Shown here: positions 42,937 to 57,589 of the stretch, piece after piece
Position numbering within the stretch: position 1 is the stretch's first letter
Layout: every line of letters starts with the position of its first letter
Origin: the human T2T-CHM13v2.0 reference genome, Homo sapiens
Assembly: GCF_009914755.1 (NCBI RefSeq)
Contig: NC_060944.1
Length of the DNA: 64,000 bases
Direction: 5' to 3' (one strand)
Notes under the pieces: generated by a model
Seen by the model: the letters and a program-made list of their open reading frames with translations, nothing else
The model's database searches: none
What the model was told of the DNA's origin: nothing
Made by a program: the position numbers and the translations under genes

Positions 42937-43634
42937 TTTTTTTTCAGGTAATATTTAAATTTTTTTTTTTAAGTTCTGGGATACATGTGCAGAATGTGCA
43001 GGTTTGTTACATAGGTATACGTGTGCCATGGTGGTTTGCTGCACCTATCAACCCGTCATCTAGGTTTTAAGCCCCACATGCATTAGGCATTTGTCCTAAT
43101 GCTCTCCCTCCCCTTGCCCCACACCCTCCAACAGGATCCAGCATGTGATGTTCCCCTCCCTGTGTCCACATGTTCTCATTGTTCAACTCCCACTTATGAG
43201 TGAGAACATGTGGTGTTTGGTTTCTCTTCCTATGTTAGTTTGCTGAGAATGATGGCTTCCAGCTTCATCCATGTCCCTGCAAACGACATGAACTCATTCT
43301 TTTTTTATGGCTACATAGTATTCCATGGTGTATATGTGCCATATTTTTCTTTATCCAGTCTATCATTGATAGGCATTTGAGTTCCAAATCTTGGCTATTG
43401 TGAATAGTGCTGCAATAAACATATGTGTGCATGTGTCTTTATAGTAGAATGATTTATAATCCTTTGGGTATATCCCCCAGTAATGGGATGGCTGGGTCAA
43501 ATGGTGTTTCTGGTTCTAGATCCTTGAGTAATTGCCACACTGTCTTCCACAATGGTTGAACTAATTTACACTCCCACCAAGAGTGTAAAAGTGTTCTTAT
43601 TTCTCCACATCCTCACCAGCATCTGTTGTTTCCT
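42937..43634 (-). mobile_element. L1PA7/8-like 5'-truncated 3' end
   Basis: aagttctgggatacatgtgcagaatgtgcagg...; 21-bp TSD ggga(t/c)taggtataattttctt at 42916-42936 and 43635-43655. Confidence 0.95.
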
Positions 43635-43959
43635 GGGACTAGGTATAATTTTCTTATCAGCAATTGTGAAGAAACTTCTGAAAGACGTGAGCCTGTCATG
43701 TTAAGACACACAGACTATGCCATGTTGTTTGGGAGAAAATTGTTGAAAGTTAGTGGTAACAATGTTTCCATGCTCATCATTCTCAGGGTTAAGGGAGGAG
43801 TTATTAAAAATCTACTCAATTCTGAAATAAGGCTCATTCTAGGTGTAATGCATACGATTTGATGAATGTGGAAGCCCAAAAACTTGGCTTCCGTGAAAAC
43901 TTAAATCAGAAGAAATGAACTTCATTTCGTACACGGTTTTCTTCCATCATTACTCATAA

Positions 43960-44950
<991 letters not shown>

Positions 44951-47029
44951 TTGATGACTTTTTTTCCTTCTAACCAATCTATTTTTCTACTAATATTAGT
45001 TGGACAGTAATAATTGTGTCATGGATCAGTATGAGTTATCAGTATTAGTTATCATAAGCTAGTACATGGATCAGACTAGTTATCACTAGTCTTGGCTACA
45101 GAAGAGCCAAGACTAACATTACGTTGCCCATCACTTGGTAAGTCATCTACTAATTTGGAAACCATGCTGCTTTATAGGCATTATACATAGTGTCTTTGTG
45201 ATATATTTCACTTCAGTGTTTCCATTTGAAACCAATATGAAAGTCACACTTTTTCAAAATAAGTATAAGAAAAAAATTAGACAATATTCCAAGGATATGC
45301 GTGATATGTTGTGTGGAGAGTTCAGACAACATGTGACCTGTGAGCCTAGAAGTGGGTGGTCTTTTAACTCATCACAGAAGTGGTGGAATGTGAGCCAGAT
45401 AGGTATCGAAGGTTAACTAGAGTTGGGTTAGAGGGAAGAGGTGCATGCGTTTGGGAGTTAAAACATTCAGGTTGATGAGGCAGAAATAGCAGAGTAACAT
45501 CAGATGATGGTATGCAGATGACTTTCCAGGGACAAAGGTTGTGTAGAGAACTGTGTGGATGGTGAGTTCAGAAAGGTGGATCAGTGTGCTTGTAGGATGC
45601 TAATATTAGAGTCAGAGTTCTTAAAAGGAGCAGCTCTTCTCTGGTCAAGCCGTTCTCTAGTGCTTATAAGTGAAGAAGCTGAAGTCTCCCGACTACTAGC
45701 TGTTTCCAGACTTACTTTCATTGGTTTCAATTACGCTAAGTATCCATCACAAAGATGAATTTTGCAAGCAGTCATGACTGCTAGGGTACTGAAAGGAAAA
45801 TATCTGATTTTCTTTTATATTAAGATGCTCTTAGGATTTCTTTAGGGAGGCATGCTCATCTCATTGAATATGGTTTATTCTAGGTTCATTCTAACAGGGC
45901 CCACCTAGTTATTGGCCATTCTCGGGGAATACTTCTTTGAAGTTCATGTGCTTTAATACGCTTTAAACCTACATTCAAGCATATGGTTTATTATGAGACA
46001 TGAACTTGACATTCACTTTCTTGTCCTGCCTTTTGTGGCCTGTGTAGCAAAAACATCTGCTCTGACAATGGAAGAAATCATAAAGTAGTAACTCCTCATT
46101 AAAGTACCAGTGCAACAATGTAATCCTTTTGGGAGTATGGCTGACTTGCCATGATCTGTGAGTTTCTCTGGCTATTGTTTCCTCACTCCTTCATAGTAGA
46201 TTCTCAGCCAAAAGCAATTTCTTTTGGACTTGTATTTTACTAATGATATATTTAATAAGGGAAAGGGACAAAAACATAGGGCATCAATAATCACAAATAT
46301 ATACATCTGGTAGAGGACTGAAAGGAAAACAGATCACAGCTGGCTTTGACAGTTAATGTTATGAAAATGTTCAGGGTGGAATGTCTATTTTAAATAAGAA
46401 ACACTTGAAAGAAATGGTCAAGATTAACAGGAGCTTAAATTGAAACCACGTTGGTTTGTAGGTAATAGAATGCTAGAGACAAACACTGCCTTTAATATAA
46501 AAGCATTCCTCCCCCAGCCCCACAGCTCCCCAGACTATCCATGTGGCCCTGTTCGTGCCACTGGAATTTGATTGGGTTTGGCTTTTCCAGGAAACCAGGA
46601 GGTAAGAAGAACCTATTTAATCTCCTGTTAAATGGCTTATTCCCCCTGCCCAAGCCTTTGGGTAACTCAGTTTATTAAAATGTTCTGGAGTTCATGTCTG
46701 TTAACTCAGTGCTATGCCACCCATATGCCTGCCTTTTGGTCTGTGCTGCAGTCTAACATCTGATTTGCTCGAGTCCAGGAGTAAGAGTCAGTATGCAATG
46801 GGAGACCTTGTTAAGAACCCAGAATGGTGGGTATCAGTTCATTGTTTGGCCCACAGATTGTTAGCTGAAGCTCAGATGCTTGCTCCCATCTGGCAGTTGG
46901 TATTTGTTGTATCAACACAGCTATAACTTACCCACTGAAACAAAGTTGCTGGATCTAATTCTCCTAAGGTACCCAAGAACCTCAAGGCCACTTACAAATA
47001 GACATCCTGTGCATCATTTTAAGGGAGCT

Positions 47030-47074
47030 TTGACTTACAGCTCTTCTATTCATTGACTTACAGCTCTTCTATTC
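47030..47074 (+). repeat. Perfect 22-bp direct duplication (period 23)
   Basis: ttgacttacagctcttctattc x2. Confidence 0.95.
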
Positions 47075-47499
47075 TCTGTTTCACATGTGTTTTTGTTAGT
47101 CAACTCAGCAAAAAAGAAAAAAAAATCCTAGGAAACTTCCAGCAAGTAAGACTTGAGTATTTATAGGAAGAATCCATTCGGCATTACCACCATCAAAAAT
47201 TCCAGGGAGCTGTTAGGGGAAGACAGATGAGCAAGAAGCAAAAGTCTGCTAAAGGGCTCTTAAGAGGAGAACAATGAAAACGCCTTGGTCAATGTTAATC
47301 CTGCCAGAAAAAGATGTAGTCTCCACAAAGCTGTTACTCTTGAGAATAGAAATTCTTATTTGCTTTTCTTTTGCATATTGCCCAGTGTCCAGGACATAGC
47401 GTCTTATTTTCCTTCCTACGGTTCTATCCACTTGTAATACTTCCCAGCAAGTACCTAGTCTATTGTCAATATCTGTTTCATCAGTGAAGTAAATGAAAT

Positions 47500-48226
<727 letters not shown>

Positions 48227-48703
48227 TAGCAGTAGCCCCAGGCGAGAAAACTCCAGTGTCAAGCCAATCCTATTTTCTTACCTTTTAGTACCTTGCTGGA
48301 CTCAAGTTATTGGGTTGGAGAGTCACCATTTGTCACCTCTGAGGTTTCTCTGGATCCACTTGAATGCCCTAAGATTATTAGCTGAGCCTGCTCTGTGTTT
48401 GTTTTCCTGCTCGTCTGTGTGCCCTGGATGTTTTCCTCTTTGCACATCCTTTGGTCAAGCCAATCATGACATGATTCTGCCAAACCTTCCCCACTTTCAG
48501 GAAACACAGTAGAAGAGTGTAAAGTATTTTCCTTCCCTGCTTACTGAACATTCATACCTGTGGCAGGAACTAGCTCTAAGATGCCAGGATGAAAACCAAG
48601 CCCTGAGTAGTAGGTAATACACACCACTCTTACCGACTCTAGCTGTGAATGCTCCCATTGATTAAACTTTACTGGGGATCCTTGTTCAGTTGACTGTTTA
48701 CAC

Positions 48704-48882
48704 CAGTGCTTCTCAAAGAGTGGTCCCCAGAAGAGGAGCATTGGATTCACCTGGAACTTGTTACTAATGCAAATTCCCACTGCAGATTTACAGAATCAGA
48801 AATTCTGAAGGGGGGGCTCAGCAATCATCCTTTAATAAGCCCCATAGGTGATTCTGATGTCAATTAAATTTGGAAAATAATG
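48704..48882 (+). mobile_element. MER5A
   Basis: cagtgcttctcaaagagtggtcccc...cacctggaacttgttactaatgcaaattc...aggtgattctgatg. Confidence 0.9.
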
Positions 48883-50829
48883 GGTTACATGAAGGCCAGC
48901 AGTCTCCATATTAATTCCTAATTAACTTCTTGTTAAGTAGAGTAGGCAGCACTTTATATACATGAACACAGCTTCCTACCTGAGCAGTGGGAGAACATTT
49001 GGTGTAACATTCCATGGACATTTGGCAACCTCACAATGAAGGTAACAGACAACCTAAATGTTTAAAATCAGCAATGAGAAAGAGCCTTGTTTCAAATATA
49101 CCACCATATTCTAGTAAGAGTGTAGCAAGATTGCTAGATATAAAAGAAAAATCAATTAAAAAAGAAATTAGACAATACATTTAAAACATGAAGTAACTAG
49201 GACCAGATCTAGCAAAAGATGTGAAAGATCTGGGTGGATAAAGTTACAAAAATTAATTCAGAGACATTAAACACTAAATAAAGGGATATACTACATTCAC
49301 AAATTGGATGACAGAATAGGGAAATGCATAAATTCTTCCGAATTAAAAATTAATTGCAGTTCAATATAGAAAACCCTAAAGATCCCACCAAAAGAACTGT
49401 CAGGACTAATAAACAAATTCAGTAGAGTGCACACTGCAAAATCAATATAGAAAAATCAGTATCATTTCTATATGCTAATAGTGAGCTATCTGAAAGATAA
49501 ATCAAGAAAATAATTCCACTTACAATAGCTACAAAAATTAAGATACCTAGGAATAAATTGAACTAAGGAGGTGAAAGATCTCTGTACTGAGAACTATAAA
49601 ATATTGATGAAAGAAACTGAAGAGAATAAAAATAAATGGAAAGACATCCAATTTTCATGGATTGGAAGAATTAGTATTGCTAAATTCCCACACTACCCAA
49701 AGTGATCTACAGATTTAATGTAATCCCTATCAAAATAAGAATGACATTCTTCACAGAAATAGAGTACACAATCCTAAAATTCATATGGAACCACAAAAGA
49801 CCCCCAATAGCTAAAGAAATCCCAAACAGAAAGAATAAAGCTGGAGGCATCTCACTACCTGACTTCAAAATCTACTATAAAGTGATAATAAGCTGAGCAG
49901 CCTGGTATTGGTATAATAGCAGAAACATATTCCAATGGAACAGAATAGAAAGACCAGAAATAAATTCATGCATCTACAATCAATTGACTTATGACAAAGG
50001 CACCAAGAATGCACATTGGAGAAAAGATGATCTCTTCAATCAATGGCGCTGGGATAATTGGATATCCATACAGGAAGAATGAGACTAAATCATTACCTCT
50101 CACCATATTAAAAAATGAATTCAAAATGGATTAAAGACTTAAATGTAAAACTAAAAACTAGAATACTACTAGAAGAAATCAGGAAAACACTTTATGACAT
50201 TTAACTGGGCAATGATTTTTAAAACAAGACCTTAAAAGTACAGTCAACAAGGCAAAAATAGACAAATGAGACTACATTAAACTAAAACGTTTTTGCACAG
50301 CAAAGAAAACTATTAACAGAATGAAAAGACAATCTATGGAATGGGAGAAAAATTTGCAAATTATAAATTATGCATCTGAAAAGTGGTTAATATCAAGGAT
50401 ATATAAGGAACTTAAGTCAAAAGCAAAACAACAACAACAACAACATAAGCCCCACAAGAAAACGCAGAAAAACAAATAAAAACAAAAAACACAAGCAAAA
50501 AAAACCCCAAATAACCAGATTAAAAATGACAAAAAACTTTAATAGACATTTTTCAAAAGAAGACATATAAATGGCCAACAGATATATAAAAATGCTCAAA
50601 ATTATTTATCAGAGAAGTGCAAATCAAAACCACAGTGAGTTAGAATGGATAAGCCTCACTCCAGCTAGAATGGATATTATCAACAAGACAAAAACAAACA
50701 AACAAACAAAAATCCCCAAGTGTTGTCAAGGATGTGAAGAAAAGAAAACACACACTGTTGGTGGGATTGTAAACTAATACAGCCGCTGTGGAAAACAGTG
50801 TAGAGGTTCCTCAAAAAATTAAAAATAGA

Positions 50830-53500
50830 TCCATAAACTTTAATGCTCCACTGACAGCACTAGACAGCTCATCTAGACAGAAAGTTAACAAAGAAACAAT
50901 GGACTTGAACTATACCCCAGAACAAATGGATTTAACAGACATTTACAGAACATTCTACTCAACAACTGCAGAGTATACATTCTATTCATCAGCACATAGA
51001 ACGTTTTTCAAGATAGTGCATATGATAAGCCACAAAACAGGCCTCAATAAATTTACGAAAATTGAAATTATATACAGTACTTTCTCAGACCACAGTGGAA
51101 GAAAACTAGAAATCAACTCCAAAAGGAACCCTCAAAACCATGCAAATATGTGGAAGTTAAGTAACCTGTTCCTGAATGATTGTGGGGTCAGCAATGAAAT
51201 CAAGTAGGAAATTAAAAATTTCTTTGAACTGAACTATAATATTGACACAACCTATCAAAACCTCTGGGATCCAGCAAAGGCAGTGCTAAGAGGAAAGTTT
51301 GTAGATTAAACGCCTACATCAAAAAGTCTGAAAGAGCACAAATAGACAATGTAAGGTCACACCTCAAGGAACTAGAGAAACAAGAACAATTGAAACCCAA
51401 ACCCAGCAGAAGAAAAGAAATAGAGATCAGAGCAGAACTAAATGAAATTGGAACAAAATATACAAAAGATAAATGAAACAAAAAGTTGGTTCTTTGAAAC
51501 GATAAATAAAATTGATAGGCCATTAGTGAGATTAACCAAGAAAAGAACCAAATAAGCTAAACTAGAAACGAAACAGGAAGTATTACAACACATAACACAG
51601 AAATACAGAAGATCATTCAAGGCTACTATTAACACTTTTATGCACATAAACTAGATAACTTAGAGGAGATGGACAAAATCCTAGAAATATACAACCCTCC
51701 TAGATTAAACCAGGGAGAAATAGAAACTCTGAACCAACCAATAACAAGCAGAGAGATTGAAATTGTAATAAAAAATATTGCCAACAAAGAAAAGTCCAGG
51801 GCCAGATGGATTCACAGCTGAATTTCACAAAACGTTGAAAGAAGGGTTGGTACCAATCCTGTTGACACTATTCCACAAGAGAGAGAAAGAGAGAATCTTC
51901 CCCAATCATTCTCTGAAGCCAGTATCACCCTTATACTAAAATCAGGAAAGGACATAACCCAAGAAGAAAACTACAGACCAATATCCCTGATGAACACAGA
52001 TGCAAAAATCCTCAACAAAATTCATATGGAACCAAAAAGAGCCGGCATAGCCAAAGCAAGACTAAGCAAAAAGAACAAATCTGGAGGTATCACATTACCT
52101 GACTTCAAACTGTACTATAAGGCTATAGTCACCAAAACAACATGGTACTGGTATAAAAATGTCACATAGACCAATGGAACAGAATAGATAACCTATAAAT
52201 AAAGCCAAATACTTAACAGCCAATTGATCTTCGACAAAGCAAACTAAAACATAAAATGGGGAAAGGACACTCTATTCAACAAATGGGATAACTGGCAAGC
52301 CACATGTAGAAGAATGAAACTGGATCCTCCTCTCTCACCTTATAGAAAAATCAACTCAGGATGGATCAAAGACTTAAATCTGATACCTGAAACCATAAAA
52401 TTTCTAGAAGATAACATCAGAAAAACCCTTTTAGACACTAGCTTAGGCAAAGACTTCATGACCAAGAACCCAAAAGCAAACGCAGCAAAAACAAAGATAA
52501 ACAGATGGGACTTAATTAAACTAAAAAGCTTCTGCACAGCAAAAGAAACTATCAGCAGAGTTAACAGACAAATCACAGAGTGGGAGAAAATCTTTGCAGT
52601 CTATACATCTGACAAAGCACTAATATCCAGAATCTACAATGAACTCAAATCAGCAAGAAAAAAAAACCAAACAATCCCATCAAAAAGTGGGCTAAGGACA
52701 TGAATAGGAAATTATCAAAAGAAGATATACAAATGGCCAACAAACATGAAAAAAATGCTCAAATCACTAATGATTAGGGAAATGCAAATCAAAACCACCA
52801 TGTGATACCACCTCACTCCTGCAAGAATGACCATAATCAAAAATTCAAAAAAATAATAGATATTGGTGTGGATTTGGTGAAAATGAAACACTTTTACACT
52901 GCAGGTGGGAAGGTAACTAGTACAGCTGCTATGGAAAACAGTGCAGAAATTCCTTAAGGAACTAAAAGTAGATCTACTGTTTGATCCAGCAATCCCACTA
53001 CTGGGTATCTACCCAGAGTAAAAGAAGTCATTATACAAAAATGATACTTGCACACACGTTTATAGTGGCAGAATTTGCAATTGCAAAAATATGGAGCCAG
53101 CCAAAATGCCCATCAATCAATGAGTGGATAAAGAAACTGTGGTATATATACACCATGGAATACTACTCAGCCATAAAAAGGAATGAAATAAAGTCATTTG
53201 CAATAACCTGGATGGAATTGGAAACCACTATTCTAAGTGAAGTACCTCAGGAATGGAAAACCAAACATCATATGTTCTCGCTTATAAGTGGGAGCTAACC
53301 TATAAGGATGCAAAGGCACGAGAATGATACAATAGTCTTTGGGGACTCGGAGGAAAGCGTGAGAGGAGGGTGGGGCACACAAGACTACACATTGTGCACT
53401 GCTCAGGTGATGGGTGCACCAAAATCTCAGAAATTACCACTAAAGAACTTATTCATGTAACCAAACACCACCTGTTCCCCCAAAAATTATTGAAATAAAA
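50830..53500 (+). mobile_element. L1PB1-like insertion with internal deletion at ~52020
   Basis: Endonuclease peptide FNAPLTALD...LTDIYRTF...SDHSG; 3' end caccaaaatctcagaaattaccactaaagaacttattcatgtaaccaaacaccacctgttcccc; aaaataga on both flanks. Confidence 0.9.
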
Positions 53501-54173
53501 CAAAATAGAACTACCATATAAACCAGCAACCCCATGACTGGGTATATATATGAAAAGGAAATAAAATCTGTATGTCAAAGAGATACCTGCATTCCCATGT
53601 TTATCGTAGTACTATTTACCATAGCCAAGATAAAGAATAAGCCTAAGTATCCAACAACAGATGAATGGTTAAAGAAAATGTGGTATATATACAATAGAAT
53701 ACTATTCAGCCTTATAAAAAGAAGAAAATCTTGTCATTTGCAAAAATGTGGATGAACCTGGAAGACATTATGCTAAGTAAAATAAGCCAGACACAAAAAG
53801 ACAAATGCTGCATAATCTCACTCGTGTGGAATCTAAAAAAATAACGATATCACAGAAGCAGAAAGTAGAACAGTGGTTACCAGAGACTGGGAGAGGGGGA
53901 GAATAGGAAAAAGTTGGTTAATAATTCTGCTGTGCAATATAGAACACCAGAATTGATTCCTCCTACCTTAGGTTCTATATTGCACAGCAGAGTGTCTATG
54001 GTTAACAGTAAAATGTTGTATATTACAAAATGGCTAGGAGAGAGACTTTTGTATATTCTTGCCACAAAGAAATGATAAATGGATGAGGTGATGGATATAC
54101 TAACTACTCTGATTGGGACATTAAACAACATAGATGTGTATCAAAACATCAAATCATAACCCATAAATATGTA

Positions 54174-54371
54174 TAGTGAGTCCTCATTTAACATTGTTGG
54201 TAAGTTTTTGAATATTGAGACTTTCAGCAAAACAAAGCACAGGAAAACAAAACTCATTTTACCATAGACTGATATAAACAAGAATTAAGTCCCCACAGCA
54301 TATAGTAAGTTGTTTCATTTAAAGTCACATTTTCCAAGAACCTATCGATGATGTTAAATGAAGACTTACTG
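54174..54371 (+). mobile_element. MER6C-like MITE (TcMar-Tigger)
   Basis: gagtcctcatttaacattg...ttttaccatagactgatataaacaag...ccaagaacctatcgatgatgttaaatgaagacttactg; host L1 reads aaatatgta|caatta across it. Confidence 0.85.
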
Positions 54372-54877
54372 TGCAATTAAAATGTATTGATTAAAAATTA
54401 AATACTTTTTTTTTAAAAAGGTAAAAATATCTGATGTACTCTTCAGGAAAACAGCAAAGGATAAAGGCTCATAAAGCTATAGAAATTCAGGAAGCGTGGT
54501 TTGGTTTGGAGATAAACAAATACATCTGATACAGCAAATATATCATGGATAGAAAACACTCCAACAGACCCATACTTGCATGGATATTTAAAATGTGGCA
54601 GAGGTGGATTATGGATTAGTGGTGAATCCACAAACTTTTCAATAAATTGTGCTAGGGAAACTGGATATTCATATGGAGAAAAAGAAATAAAATTTTTCCA
54701 ATTATTGGAAATATTTACTTCCAATTTGCACCATCCACAAAAAATAAACTCCAGGTGGGTAGATTAAATATGCAATGTGAAAGACACACAGTAATGTTTT
54801 CAGATGATAACATGGAAAATATCTTTATTGCTAGTGGCTAAGGAAGAGTTTTTGAAACAAGATAAAATGACACTAAT

Positions 54878-55292
54878 TATATTAATTAGGGTAAGATTGT
54901 ATAGTAACAAATAGCCAAATTTTGGTGGCTTACAGATAAAAAAGTTTCTTTCTTTCTTTGTAACAATGAGGGAATGGTGTTTGGGTCAATTGTTAATGGG
55001 TATAAGCTGAAGACCATGCTTCTTTCTTCATCAGGTAGCTTTCCAAGGATAACCTGGGTGTGGCTGTTTCAGGCCACTAGACAAATAAAAAAGAGCATCG
55101 CAGAGCCCAAATATAATAGAAATTTTCTAAGGGCCAGACTTGAGAAAGGCTCATATTACTTCTGTTCACATCCCACTGGAGAGAACTTAGGCACATGGTC
55201 TTGCCTAATGGCAAGGTGGTCTGGGAAACTGTAGTGTAGCTCTGCTTCCATGAATAACAGAGAGATTTTGGTGGTCAGTGAACTACTCCACA
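54878..55292 (-). mobile_element. MLT1J-like LTR
   Basis: tacttctgttcacatcccactggagagaacttaggcacatgg...ggtctgggaaactgtagt. Confidence 0.7.
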
Positions 55293-55621
55293 TTAATCAT
55301 AAAATGAATACATATGCCTATATTAAAGTAACCAGAAAATAAAGAGAGCAAAAGACTAGCCAGCATGTGAGAGAAGTTAAATAAATAATATAAAGAACAT
55401 ATCTGGAATATATGAAAAACTGAGAAATCAATTGAAAAACCAGAAAAACTAATGGAAAAGTGGGCATAAGACTTGAACAAGCACTTCAGAAAAGAAAAAA
55501 ATCCACCTCATTAGTATTCAGGAAGATACTATTGAATATCACAATGGGTTACCTATTTTTTCTTTCTCTCCCTCTTTCTATTGCTCTATCAATTAGAATA
55601 AGAGTATATATACTCAAGCTG

Positions 55622-56019
55622 ATATATATATATACACATATATATAAAACAGTTTTTTATATATATACATATATATAAAACAGTTTTTTATATATATATA
55701 CATATATATAAAACAGTTTTTTATATATATATACATATATATAAAACAGTTTTTTATATATATACACATATATAAAACAGTTTTTTATATATATATACAT
55801 ATATATAAAACAGTTTTTTATATATATATACATATATAAAACAGTTTTTTATATATACATATATAAAACAGTTTTTTATATATATACATATATATAAAAC
55901 AGTTTTTTATATATATATACATATATATAAAACAGTTTTTTATATATATACATATATAAAACAGTTTTATATATATATGTATATATACATATATATATGT
56001 ATATATACATATACATATA

Positions 56020-56052
<33 letters not shown>
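55622..56052. repeat. AT-rich minisatellite, 11 units of 27-33 bp with core TATAAAACAGTTTTTTATA, plus flanking (TA)n
   Basis: AAAACAGTTTT at 55646, 55677, 55710, 55743, 55774, 55807, 55838, 55865, 55896, 55929, 55958. Confidence 0.97.
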
Positions 56053-56053
<1 letters not shown>

Positions 56054-57589
56054 CTCTCAGATAATATGAAGGGCTGTGAAGAGTGGGGCAATGATAACTC
56101 TTACACTGCTAGTGGGAGTGGGAGTTTTTTATACCCACATTGGAAAACAGTTTGACATCATGTAATGTAGTCCAAAATGGGCACACATTATGATCTAGCC
56201 ATTCTCTTGCTAGGTCTAGATGCTAGGGGAGCTTTTGCACATTTACTGCAAGAGATAATATGAATGTTCACGGTAACATTGTTTGTATTGTTTTGGCTAC
56301 CAAAGAAAAACATCCCACTTGTCTATTAATAGTAGAATGGATAAATCAATATTGGAATACTATAGAACATAAAAATGAATAAATTCTAGCTACTTAGAGC
56401 AATATAAATAAACCTTTCAAACTAATGAATAAGATAGGTAAATCACAAGAAATACAACATAATTCAGGAGAATAAAGCCTACAAAGTTTTCAAAGAAAAT
56501 AAGTTTAATTCAGGAATTTTATACTTATTTATATCCATTTTGAGTATAAAAAATTGGAAACATAACTTTGAACATGGAAAGACTTATAATTTCCTTTATT
56601 ATTATAAGGAACCCTGGCCATCAAAGAATTTGGAATACAACTCTCCATGATGTACTGGACTAGGGGTACTCTTAGTTATGCAAGCAAAACACCTAGTTCT
56701 CTTTTTCTTAATTTCGGGTTACATGTATGCAAAAATTAAAAAGTAGAAATGCGTAGCATATTGCTAGTTTTTAGAGTACCACATCTCATCTCAGGATAAA
56801 TTACCTAAATTGGTGCTTCCAACTGAGAATGATGCAATGTTATAATGGTAGGTTCCTTAGAATATGAATGATACATATTTAACAGATTAAAGATTGTCTG
56901 ATTGCTAATGTTTAATTTCCCAGTTTTGGTGGTGGCAGTCTTTTTTACAGACCTCCTTCAAAAAGACTGGTAATTCTAGTAATTTCTGACAGCTAGAAAA
57001 TCTTCTAGGGAATTAAATGCCCAAACATTCAGGAGCTGACATACAAGGATGCCTATCTAAAGTGAAGAAGGGTACAGCCACCAAGTCCTTTAGTCCTTGT
57101 TTGTCTCAAGAAAACCCTTAACTTGATCCTTACTCCTGAGCATGTGGTTTTTCCCTTGGAAATTATACTGTGCTTGGATGTTTGTTATTTGGGGTGGTAT
57201 CTGATTTGTATGCAGGGAACAGGAGCAAAGATGCTAGCCTAACTTAGGGGACTTAAGGAATAATGGCCCAGGAAGATCAGTGTGGAATAAATTTTGTACT
57301 CCAAAATAGCAAAGATCTATTTAGGGAAACCGGGCTTACTCAACATATCCAGGGGGCATGAGCAAATCTAGAAATAGGAGGTGAAATTCAGAGCTGAGTG
57401 GAAGCCAAGAGACCGGGAACAAAGTTGAGAATAAATTGAAGAAGGCCCCGAGTGATGCTGCAAACACAGTTTGTGCCTCTATTGAAGAACAGCTATGCAG
57501 AATCATGACCTTTCAGCCTGTCATAAAGTTAAAGGCCAGAGAAGACTTCCAGGAAATTGATATTGGTGGGATATAATTATCCTGATGGG

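Larger units (their letters stand above)
49364..54410 (+). mobile_element. L1MA 3' half (ORF2 remnant and 3'UTR), hosting L1PB and MER6
   Basis: [14 protein letters not shown]...[11 protein letters not shown] is L1 ORF2; sequence resumes at aaatagaactaccata (53503) after the insert. Confidence 0.9.
54430..56460 (+). mobile_element. L1ME ORF2/3' remnants (probably continuing 49110-49360), interrupted by MLT1 and the minisatellite
   Basis: ttcaataaattgtgctaggg, gggcataagacttgaacaagcacttca, cacattggaaaacagtttg, gtagaatggataaat. Confidence 0.7.

Noticed and set aside
46580-46607. Possible 11-nt microexon ttttccag|GAAACCAGGAG|gtaaga
   Set aside because: Short pyrimidine tract, not frame-preserving, no supporting context.
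49702-53755. ORFs resembling endonuclease/reverse transcriptase
   Set aside because: Fragmented L1 ORF2 with stops, frameshifts and an RT deletion; not an active element or a novel RT system.
55622-55980. CRISPR-like array of ~31-bp palindromic repeats
   Set aside because: No unique spacers, no cas genes, eukaryotic context; it is a minisatellite.
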